A DNA stretch of 64,000 nucleotides, taken from Antedon mediterranea. Taxonomy: Eukaryota; Animalia; Echinodermata. Shown here piece after piece: positions 25,585 to 37,130 of the stretch; positions within the stretch are counted from its first letter, which is position 1, and each line of letters starts with the position of its first letter. The notes under the pieces are model-generated. The model saw only the letters and a program-made list of their open reading frames with translations, did no database searches and was not told the origin of the DNA. The stretch spans positions 35,647,648-35,711,647 of the forward strand of contig NC_092673.1 in NCBI RefSeq assembly GCF_964355755.1, in the 5' to 3' direction. The translations under genes and the position numbers were made by a program.

Positions 25585-28500
25585 TCAAATATTTAAAAAT
25601 TTCTTTGATCTGCCGGGTGGGCGTGGCATCTGTAAAGGACGATTGGGGTTTAATTTTAGGTCGTGCACTGGTGAATCGGGAAGCGGAACCAATCGCTGGT
25701 TGCTAGTTCCGTTGACACTGCTGGAACTGGTCAAACTTTGAGAACTCGCAAATCTCTCTGGTGGAGCTTTGTCACCTTTCTTTTTCTGTAAGATGATTTT
25801 TAAAAACATTAAACATATTTTGTTTATTCTTTTTTTATTTGATACAAGAATATAATAATGATTTATTGTCAACTGAAGAAGCTTTGCTAGTGTTATATAT
25901 TCAGATATAGTGACATACCTTTAACAATGGATTCATTACACCAATGTTTGGACTAGAGTTGAAAACTTTATTGAAATTGGTTTCACGGTTTACCAATTCC
26001 ATTTGGTAGTAGCGCTTTTCTTCCTATTGAAAAAAAATATATTAAATGATGAGTTGATTCTCCAAAATATATCCACTGTTATGTTTATATTACTATAATC
26101 ATTATAACATTTAAACACTGTGCTTCTTTGTCTTCATAAGTTCCCACAATCATCATTCTGATTATCTCGGAACTAGTCAGTGTGGTCTTTTACAGCTGGT
26201 TCCTTATATATAATCTACACAAAAATTTTAGGATGGGAGGTTTTGTTTTAGGCATGCATCTATCCCAACAACAACACAATAATGGATCCATAGTTTCCTA
26301 ATCACTATTATAGACACTTTACATTTCTCCGATCAGACCGATTATCGACCAGAATGTGCATAGACTTATTTATTTTTCTTTTTGTATAATGTGTAAATAG
26401 TAAACACACACAAAATAAAGGAACTACTTGATGCAGGAGTAGCGTGCCATACCTCAAACTTCCTCATCAACTGCTCTTGTTCTGTCAGCTTGTACTTCAT
26501 TCTAAAGATTTCTTCCAAGTCTTCTGGTCGAGAATCTCGCTTTATATACTTCTCCTCTGCTTCCTCAAGCCTACACAAAAAATAATAACTGTCTTATGTA
26601 GTGCCAAACAACAGCTAAAGCTGTCTGATGTGTCCACATATGGTAGTTATATGCTTAAATATGGCAGTGATATGACATCATCATGTCCATATATGGGCAC
26701 ATAAAATTTGTTTTATCACATAAAGTTTGATAGTGTAGCTTTACACAAAAAAGAAAAATGACATATTCTAAAAATAACCATTAATTAATAAAGATGATAT
26801 GAAACATTTTCACTGCTTAGTTCTCCAACACAGTCATTAACAATTCATTACAAGATGGTAAGCTAACTGCTGGATGTGCCCAAATATGGTAGTGATATGC
26901 CCAAATATGGTATTGATATGCCTAAATATGGCAGTGATATGCCTAAATATGGTAGTGATATGACATCCTCATGTCCATATATGGGCACGTCACATGGTTT
27001 GATTGCAAATATATGAGTTTGTTATAATATTATACTTACATAATTTGAAGGGCTGATATTTTATCCTTAAGGAGTTCTTGTGCCTGGTTGAACTCAGCTA
27101 ACATTCCTTGTTTTTCCCTTAAATAATCAGCTTCCATTTCATCTAACTGTTTCTGATGTGATTTTTGTAGTTTCTGCTCCTGCTTTCTAAGCTGACCATC
27201 AGCGTTACTCTTGACCTTCAATATCTCTTGACCTTTGAAGTCCAGTGTTCTGGTCAGTTCATCGATGTTGTTCTTCAGTCCTCTCATCTCGCTGTGCATA
27301 CTCTCAATGTGAGCTTGTCTGAATTGTAAGTCGTCCTGCATTTCATGTATACGTAACTTACTCTCTTTTTCCTGTAAAGAAAAAACTTTTACCTTAGAAA
27401 GAGATTTTTTTCTAATAAGGTTTATCGCAAATACCTTGATTTCGCGGGAAACGTCATTGCACAATGCATGATGGGAAGGGTTTGGGAGCAATAACGCCAC
27501 CGTAAAATACAAACTTTATATACTGGTGGTGGCGCTATTGCTCCCAAACCCTTCCCATCATGCAATAAACCTTATTACTGTATGTATGACTGAGTATAAT
27601 ACAATGCTTTAAATATAATTCCACATTCCCTAATTTATGACAAATTTGGACAAAAAACTGTGCACTACAATCGTGATTTTTTATTATTTATAAAAGACGA
27701 ATAAATGAAATGAATCCACCCCTTAGATTTTGTCAAATTATATAAATAAACAACCCCCCCCCCTCTCCCCTTCCCTTAGTACTTTTGTCAACGATCAATT
27801 TTATCAATGAAAGGTGAAATGGTTCATATTAGTGTCACATTATACTATAAAGAATACTTCGCACTGACAAAACCATGTTTATATACTAACTGTCTACACT
27901 ACTCTATATGTTTGACAAAAAAGTGTGATGTACCCAAATATGGCTAGTGATATGACATCATCATGTTCATATATGGGCACATTACATTGTTTTGTCACAT
28001 AAAGTTTGACAGTGTAGACAGAGCTTTAAGCTTCAGTCTATACTATCAAACTTCTTTGACAAAAAATGAGTTTTGCCCAAATTTGGTATTGATATGACAT
28101 CATCATGGGCATATATGGGCACATTACATAAAGTTTGATAGTGTAGACAGAGCTTTAAATATTAATAAACAGTGCTTACATGCATTTGTTTAAGTTCTAC
28201 CGCCCTCTCCAGTTCCATTCTAGCTGCCGATATCTGCATTCTATGTGCCTTAGTGATCTGATCTATCTGTGCCATATGTCGCTGTGACAACTCTATCTTG
28301 AGCTTCTCCGTCATTTGTTTATGACCGGTTTCTGCAGCGTCCAACGAGGCCCACTTCTCTTTCTCAGCTTCTGTCTTAGCTTCAATCAATGCTGCCTTAC
28401 TTGCCCTTTCTTGAACACCAAGTTTCTCAGATAAGCTGTTCTCCAATTCTGCTTCAAGCATCTAAAACAAAAGACAAATTACTGGTAAAATCATTCTACT

Positions 28501-31500
28501 GCAAGCCTTAATGTAGATTAACATACAGTGCATTGAATTACACACATAAATGTTTTTCCAAAAATTATCAATCTAAAATATCCAATGTACATATATTTTT
28601 GTCTTTGTATTGTTATGACTGTTTTATTAGCAAGTTTTAAAGAGTTTTTATACATGTTTTCAACCTTTTATTTCTAAATATAGGACCATATGTAAAACAG
28701 GTGCTACATTGTCATGTTTTTATCCTGTACAAAACATGATTTAAATACAAAAACAAAATGTTTCATTTCGTGTATCAATTTAGCTAGAAAAACAAACCTT
28801 AATGCTTTTCAATTTATCATCTTCCAGTTTCTGCTTTTCTTCTTCTGCTACTTTCTTCAACTTCTCCATCTCTGCGTCATATTCTTTTTGTGACTTTTCA
28901 ATTCTCGCCTCAAGTCGCTTCACCTCAACATCGGCTTTGCTTTGTAATTTATTCATCTCGTCCAAAGCCCATTCCGACTTTTTACTTAAATTATTTTTTA
29001 AAGATGAAATCTACAAAAAATAAAGATAAATAAAGGTATTAAATTTATATAGTGCTAATTACTTCGTTTAAGCATGGTTCCTACTAGAGACACAAGCGAG
29101 TTGACCAATAACAAGCCACTGTTCGAATAATCCATCGCTTGTGATTGGTCAATGCACTTATGTTGCGTTACATCCTTGCGTTGCGTCGCTATAGGGAACC
29201 ACGCTTAACTGTAGAGCATCTAATAAGCAATGGAAAAGACTCTTTTCAATTATTTCTAAATTCATAAATAACACGACAAAACTGTAGAATAAACTAAATT
29301 ATTTTGATTTACTTGTTGTTGAAGGTCATGCACTTTTTGCTGCCATGTTTCTTTAAGCATTTCTAATTCTTGACCTTTAATCAAGGTCATCTGATTGAGG
29401 GCAGCCTTCTTGTCTTCTTGGTGTTGCTCAATAAGTTCACTTTTCAATTTTTCACATTCACGCCTATAATCAAAATGACATAAGTGGAATTTATATAACA
29501 TTGAGATTAACATTTATATAGCACCCATTTCTATTAAAAGTTAATTAATAAAACATCATTAATTTTTCTTAAGCTCTTTATACACTATCAAACTTAATGT
29601 GATGTGCCCATATATGGACAAGATGATGTCAAATCACTACTATATTGGGCATATCACTCCATCTTTGGGTACATCACACTTTTTTTGACAAACTTGTTTA
29701 ATAGTGTAGACAGAGCTTCAGTTGATTATTGGCACCTAAAGCACACTTGAGAGTTTATCCATAGAGATATTATTATCTCTATGGTTTATCCAACTGCAAA
29801 ACCACCAATATTGATAGACAAATATGTTCACCTTAATGTATCAGTCCACTTTCCATCCAGATTTGCTGATAATGAATCCAACTGGTTCTTTAAGTCTTCT
29901 CTTGCCTTGGCTAAGTTTGTTTCATGAACTTTCTTAAGTCTATCAAGCTCAGTCTGGGAGATAAAAATATAAGTAGATAATGTGTGTTTATACTAATAGC
30001 ATAAAGTTTATAAAAATGCTCTGATCCTGTTGCACCATTGAATGAAAATAGAAATAAATAATTGGAAGACGGCCTAATGAATTAGTAAGCAATTATAATT
30101 TTAGTGTAGTTTTTTTCTCAGTAGTCCTTTTTAAAACTTATTTTTTTCGTTCTTTAATGTGTATTTTATTAGAATTTAAGAGGGTACCTGAATATCAACT
30201 GGCACCCAGTGATAAAAATTAATAAAAAATTGAAATAATAAATAAAAGCCATAATAGACTTTACTTGTAATTGTGTAGATTTATTCTTAGCATTCTTCAG
30301 TTGACTTCTAGCAGCATCTAGCTCTGTTTTCAGCTTAATGTTATCCTTGCCAAGTGTCTCAATCTCAGATGTGGCTGAGCCTAGCCCTTGTTCACGGTTA
30401 TCTACAATAGCTTGTAATCTTTCACATTCTTTCTCAGATGTTTGCAGCTTTGCTTCAAGAGAAGTTTGAGTCTCGTTTAACTTGGTCTGTAAAGTTTCCG
30501 TTTCTAGTTTTAGACGGGAAGATGTTTGTTCTAGTTTCTTCTCAAGATCCTATAAAAGAAGTGTAATGTTTACTATTATGAAAATTATTTTAAAACAATT
30601 CTAGAAATAAAAGCAGTATACATTTACAATAACGTAAATGGTAACAATAAATAAGAACTGTTTCAGGGATCAGAAAAAGAACTGTCTACACTATCAAATT
30701 GTATGTAACAAAAAAATGTGATGTGCGCATATATGGACATGATGATGTCATATCACTACCATATTTGGGCACATCACACTTTTTTGTCAAACTAGTTTGA
30801 TAGTGTAGACAGAGCTTTAGAAGTGTACTGTAAAGTATACTATATATAAAATGTAAGCGGATCAAAATTAGCCCATAACAAAGCTATACTGGAATTGAAT
30901 GCAGATGAAGAACCAAAAATAGTGAACTGAAGACAACAAAGGTGCATTAACATTTTTTCTTGATTTAAAGATGAGTACCTCCAGCAAAACAAGCTTTATG
31001 AAAGGTTGTGGTTTGGAGCAGAAGTAGTAGTATAGAGTGGGTTGTGGTTTGGAGCAGAAGTAGTAGTATAGAGTGGGTTGTGGTTTGGAGCAGAAGTAGT
31101 AGCATAGAGTGGGTTGTGGTTTGGAGCAGAAGTAGTAGTATAGAGTGGGTTGTGGTTTGGAGCAGTAGTAGTAGTATAGAGTGGGTTGTGGTTTGGAGCA
31201 GAAGTAGTAGCATAGAGTGGGTTGTGGTTTGGAGCAGTAGTAGTAGTATAGAGTTACCAAATCAATATGAAGGAACATTACCTCTTTCAGATCCTTTATT
31301 TCTTGTTCTGCATTCTTATCTCTCCTATCTGTTTCTTCTTTATGTTTTCTTTCAAGATCTTCTATTATTTTTTCAAATTCTTCTTTGTTTTTCTTTAAAC
31401 CGTCTATCTTACTTGTCTCAGCTGATGTCAATGCTTTCTCGTAGCGTTCTTTCATCGTTTGTTTCTCAACTGCTAATTCCTCAAGAGCCTAAGAAAAATT

Positions 31501-34500
31501 AAATCTATTGTGACTGCCGCTGACATGAATACTGGGTACCGATTACATGATCTTGTTATTATACAGTAATATAGTTGTAGTTAAGAACTTGTAGAAGTAA
31601 TATAATATTTATGTGTACCAGGGAGTGTATGTAACTGAGCAGGTATATCCAATGTTGTGTAATAAAAGGAGATTTCCTGAATGATCAAAATCAAAAACGG
31701 TACTGGGTTTGGTCTACTAGTGTTCCTGCTCCCAAACGGTACTGGGTTTGGTCTACTAGTGTTCCTGCTCCCAAACGGTACTGGGTTTGGTCTACTAGTG
31801 TTCCTGCTCCCAAAAATTATCCATCCATAGAAGCACTGAAAAAGGAAATCTATCTGTGGTGACTAATAAAGTGTGGTCCCGGGACATTTAGTTGATAGAA
31901 GATTGAAATGTTTTGTTAGATTATATTAGTGTAAATAGTTGGATGTAATGATCTTGTATATAGACAAGTATCCAACAAATTCATAAAACTCTCTTTCTTT
32001 TCAACATTTATAATATCCTATCTTACCAAGAAAGACAATTTCTAAAAATATTCAAATTTTGACAAATAAAGTTTATCTATGTCTATAAAAACAAGACAAG
32101 AAAATAAACTGAATTGTTTTGCACACCATAAACTGCTACCTACATTTTCAAGAGACTTAAGTTGGGCTGATTGCTGTTCAGACAAAGAGTGTTTAGTTGA
32201 TTCCAAATTGTTCCTTTCTTTTTCTAGCCACGCTAACTTGTCATTTAACTTTCCTAGCTGTGTCTTAAGATCCACAATCGTTTGTTCGTTACTTAGTTGA
32301 GATGCTTCTAGTGACCCTATCAAACCTTTAAATAAAAAAAAGAAAGTTTAAATTTGTCATATTTATTTATATTAGGTATCCCAATGTAAAAATTCAAATT
32401 AATGATGGTACTTTTTCTTTCAGTTAATCAGAAGGAACTTACTGAACATAAACTTTTGCAATTTAAATGATAGAAATCGGATTATCCATTCAAAAGTTAT
32501 GGTCCGTTAAAGTGCCCAAAAAACAGTGATTTTTGCTTGAAAAATGGCACTTTTTCTAATTATATTTGAACCCATTTTTGAAGGGTTATAACTTTTATAC
32601 TAATAATTTTAAAGTTCTTATTTTTTCCAAACCCATAGATACAACAGAGTTGTACAAGAATATATTTTTTTTGGGTGTCCTCGACATTTTTTTTTTTAGA
32701 TATCGCCCTCCAAAATTCGTCCGAGGGCTTTTTACGCGTGATTTTCCCAATGTCTCAAAAATGCCCAAAAAGTTCCTGTCTTTAAATGATTCATAACTTT
32801 TGAACCAATGTGTGAATTAACTTCTTTTTTTTTGCATTGCATAAATGTAATATGTATTTTAGTAAGGTTATTTATATTGACAGGTAGGTAATTCTGAAAT
32901 ACAACATAAAATATTGTTAAAAAATGTTAAAATGTGAAAAAAAATAATATTGCGTTAAAAAACTGTGTAGGTATTGTTTCTTTTCATTAAATATTTTTTT
33001 GGTAAGTATACATTTTTTTTATAATTCTAGTATTTATAGTTATATTTATAATCATATATTATTTTAATTGATTTTCGAACCGCCAAAAATAAGAATTAAG
33101 CCCGTGCTTATTATGTGTTTGATTCCATTTGGAGCGCCGGGCCGAACGTAGACTCGGCCGCGCCTACTACAAGTTAAGTTATATAGGCCCCTGGGCCTAG
33201 AAGGTCTAAATAAAATAAAAGCCTGACGCTAAATTCTGCCTAAACTAAGAAATATCGGGAAGAATAAGTAATTACCTCAATGGTATAATTGTAACATGTT
33301 TAATTTTATTTCCCTTTCGATTATTCTAACCGAAAGTTGCACTTTGAATTGAAATATACGGAATAAAATTTAGACCTAGAAACAGCGTAGACATACAACG
33401 GCAACATAGGCCAAAGCGCGTTTCGGCCGCCTACATAGAATGGCTTACGGCCGCTGCATAGCAAAATCAAAGCTTCTTAAATTTCTACGGTACATTTCTT
33501 CCTAACGTACAGTACTTGCTTTATATAGTAGATTTATAAATATTCCACTTATTAAATAATTTAATAAATCGGTAAAATTGACGTTTCGAAGCAAATATTC
33601 CATGAGAGGCGACATTTTTCGACATGCCTCGTGTGCGGCGAAGACTAGTTCAGAAAATGGAACAGTCCACTGCAGGGGTTATCCAATCATTAATTAACGC
33701 GCTAATACATGCATACCATGCACATTGTCTGGGCAACGGTAATTTAGTAATAAGCGGAGAACTGAATCCCCCCGTAAGGAAAATGGTAAACACTGATATT
33801 TATGGTAGGGATTATTTTTTTCAGTGGTTGGTCTTGTTGGCCTCTTCGCACGAGGTCCACGCAAAGTCAAATAAAACGATGTGGTTTATCAAACAGAAAT
33901 ATAAATTAGCTTCAATTCAATACTAAATTAGCCAGATTTTGATATTGAGAAAGACTAAAAAATTCAATTTTTATCGTTAAAATTGACATTTGAGGCGGAT
34001 GTACATAATAATAATAACCGATTTACATATCAAAATAAAGAGTATTTAAAGCCTGATAACATGCAACAAAAATTACTCCACCACCTATTATGGACCTCGT
34101 GCGATCGTGTTTTGAAAATGGGTAGGTGTTTTCCAAAGTTATTTTTAGCGCGCGGATTTCGGCTCGCCGGCTTTTGTACCTCATTTTTAACTCGCGTTTT
34201 CTATTAAAATATTTAATAAACATAGATTAAAAATATATGAAAATAATCCCTTAAACAAGATCTTTCCAGACATATAATTTTTATTCACATGTGTATATAA
34301 GAAATAGTATATTTTTAACTTCAAAGACACGTCACTTTTTGAAATTTCACGAACGTGTTAAAATCGCGGTAACGAAAATCCGCTTCATTGGGATACCTAT
34401 TTATATACAGAGCATCTCTTTCCCTCCCAAAGTGGCAACTAGCATAATAACATGAAAAGGGCATATTTCATATACAGACTTAAAAACCCTCTTTAGGACA

Positions 34501-36798
34501 CCTCCATTAAGCTGACAATACACTTTACTGTCAAACAAAGGGGAAATATATGGTTTAACGGTATGGAAAAACTCACATTCAGGGGACAACCTATGTTTAT
34601 GAGACACCCCCATTAAGGGGACACTTTGATGGGTGTCCCCTTAATAGGAGTTCTACTGTAGTATTCATTTCTCAAGTTCAACTTTTCACTTACTTGATTT
34701 TTTGACCATATCAAGAGCTTGTAACTGGCATCGTTCTTTAGATGCTGCTAACTGTACTTCAATCTCTTTCAGTTTTATCACAGTGTTTTCAAGATCTTCT
34801 TTAGATTTCAACAACTGTAAACAAAGTTATAATTTAAATTGTTAATAGTAATGTACAGTATCAATATTTATTTCCCTTTCTAGTTGTATAATACCTCTAT
34901 GGTACATTCTTCTGAATTGTAAATCACAAAAAATCAACAAAATGACAATGAATCATAATGACAATACTTGGTGGTGAGAGAGCCCTTTCCAGTAAATGAA
35001 AGTAAGGTATAGTGGGAATTTGCTGCAGGTTAATGCACTTGTCAATTGTATGACCCACTATACGACCCCCGGGAGAGGTGCGTCATTTGTCCGATGTGCG
35101 TCATACTTTTGAATACCATGACGCACCCGTGTGTCAAAAAGGTGACTTACCTTTAGGTGACCATGACGCACCCATTTTAACGCACTGTGACCATGTTGTT
35201 TATGATATGGTGGGTGGTAAAGTGACGGACATTGACACACCTTGTTCATTGATGTGACGTACCATCTAGGTTTTTTGACGCACCCCTGCATCAGTAATTA
35301 TTTCTAAATGACGCACCCATGACGCACCTCTCCCGGGGGTCGTATGGTGGGTCATACAATTGACAAGTGCATAAGCCAAAATGACAAAAAAACATGGACA
35401 GACTTATGATGAACAGAATAAAAAATTAACATCTGAATGAAATATAAATTATAGACCAGTATCTAACCTGTTTATTTAAGTAATCTGAATCACCAGTATT
35501 CTGCTTTAAGGCCTGCTCTGCATCTTGTAATTTTCCTTTATAATTGTTAAGATCATCTTCAACACACAAAAGTTGTGAATTTAAATCCTCAATCTTTAAA
35601 TTTAAACTTCGCTCTTTGTCACCAAATTTTCGTTGTAAAAGTGTTTCGTTTTCTTTCATTTGCTTTGTTCTTTCCTTCTCTTCTTCTTCTCGTAAAACTG
35701 CAATTTCTTTTTCGTGGAATGTCTGCAATTTCCCAAGTTTCAACTCGTATTCTTCAGCCAGTTGATTTTTCTCAGCTTTTAAACGTTCATATTCGGAATT
35801 TAAAGTTGCAATCTGTTTTGAATAAAGTTCTTCCAATTTATTTTTTTCATCTATACTTCCAGATTTAGTTTGAAGTTGTACTTTTAATAACTCATCAATT
35901 TCTTTCGTATGTGCACGTCGTAGTTCTTCTAACGATGTTTCTTTATCTTTCTCAAATCTATTTTTCATAGATTCAAAAGATTTTAATTGCATTTCAAAGT
36001 CTTTCTTTACTTCAGCAACATTTTTTGAAAGACTTAATAGTTTATGAGAATGTTCAGATTTTAATTTATTTTCACTTTCAACAGCTTCATGTTTGTATTT
36101 CGTAAACTGATCGAGGGCGCTTTTGCCCTGTCGTTCATGTTCTTGGATACACGCTTCTAGAGATTCTATACGCTTCCTCAGTTCTGTTTCACCACTAATT
36201 TTGCTTTTATATCCTGTAAGTTTGATCTTTGTTTCTGAAATAATTTGTTGTAACTCGTTTTCATGAGAAATTTTGAGTTGTTTAATGACTGCATCATGGT
36301 CATCGTTTTTTGTATTCAGTGCATAAATAACCTGGAAATTCAAAAGTTTTGTTTTTTATTTATTCCATAACAATATTAAAATTATAATAAAATACAAAAA
36401 AAAAGTTAAGAACAATATATTATTATTTAATAAAAAAAACTGTACTAAATAGGCCTAGAGACCCTACTAGGCTAGGCTTAATTATCTTAGATAGTATCTA
36501 GGCTAAGCCTAGTAGTAGTAGTACTAGTACTAGGCCTAGCTCGCATAGGCCTAGGCTAGCCTAGTACTATTAGTATTAGTAGGCTACAGAGTAGGCCTAC
36601 TGTTTTCTTATTTCAATTCAATAATATTTTGCCAATAATCATGTTTATTCTCACCTTTGTAAGCTGAGCTATCTTCTTAGACATTTTAAGATGAAGATCA
36701 GGAGTAACATCCATCGTTGTAGAAAGAGTAGTAGCAGCACCAGATCCGTACTTTCCGGTGGAATAAAAGTTATTGTTGGAAGACATTTTTGTGGCCAT
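25585..36798 (-). CDS. FAM184A: FAM184 family coiled-coil protein (FAM184A-like), 14 coding exons
   Basis: N-terminal LHLKMSKKIAQLTK|VIYALNTKNDDH and C-terminal LVNRETNFNKVFNSSPNIGVMNPL are FAM184 signatures. Exons 36798-36655, 36331-35468, 34814-34694, 32325-32144, 31488-31282, 30549-30265, 29953-29832, 29463-29313, 29010-28798, 28461-28180, 27371-27040, 26570-26453, 26023-25919, 25785-25585. Confidence 0.92.
27414..27577. mobile_element. Palindromic MITE
   Basis: taataaggtttatcgca...tgcaataaaccttatta ends with an internal inverted pair (gcatgatgggaagggtttgggagcaata / tattgctcccaaacccttcccatcatgc). A partial copy lies near 54386-54435. Confidence 0.7.
29071..29206. mobile_element. MITE family B (Harbinger-like, TIR agc(g/t)tggttcccactag)
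   Basis: agcatggttcctactag...ctatagggaaccacgct flanked by TTA/TAA. Relatives near 41528-41803, 44517-44548, 49177-49410, 55052-55213, 56706-56926 (TAA on both sides), 59832 and 62620-62725. Confidence 0.75.
31004..31254. repeat. 36-bp minisatellite, ~7 copies, in a FAM184A intron
   Basis: Unit agagtgggttgtggtttggagcagaagtagtagtat. Confidence 0.95.
31695..31812. repeat. 39-bp tandem repeat, 3 copies, inside a dispersed repeat also present (inverted) at ~2025-2110
   Basis: aaacggtactgggtttggtctactagtgttcctgctccc x3. Its reverse complement matches gggagcaggaatgctagtagaccaaacccagaaccgttt at ~2057. Confidence 0.85.
32374..34398. mobile_element. ~2-kb non-autonomous DNA transposon in a FAM184A intron
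   Basis: 13-bp TIR aggtatcccaatg / cattgggatacct with ATT on both flanks. No credible transposase ORF inside. Confidence 0.65.
35034..35371. mobile_element. MITE with ~50-bp TIRs and TAA target duplication
   Basis: tgcacttgtcaattgtatgacccactatacgacccccgggagaggtgcgtcat ... atgacgcacctctcccgggggtcgtatggtgggtcatacaattgacaagtgca, flanked by TAA/TAA. Confidence 0.85.
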
Positions 36799-37130
36799 CT
36801 TTGTCTGACTTTGTTTTGGAAAAATCAAACAGAATTGAATAAAAATGCGTGGGGTCGTTTTCGTTGATCTTAGCTAGCCTAGGCCTATTTGATGTTTAAA
36901 ATTTCAATGAAAATGCTGTCTTGACAGTGTGCCTAATTATTTTATAATTTAATTCTGAATTTCAGGACAGCATATTGTAGGCTAGGCCTCCTAACCTCTC
37001 TCTCTCTCTCTATGCCCAAAAAAGAGTCAGAGGTTGCCATGGGATCAGAGAGAGAGCCGACGGCGGCGGCGGCGCGCGGCGAAAATAAAATTATGCTAGG
37101 TGGCAGCAGACCCAAAATTTTGTTTTGACA

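Noticed and set aside
30868-31502. ORFs with LYYYFCSKPQPT or WSRSSSIEWVVV repeats
   Set aside because: They are frames of the intronic 36-bp minisatellite.
33624-34223. Short ORFs inside the 2-kb TIR element
   Set aside because: No transposase motifs are recognisable and the lengths are within chance expectation.
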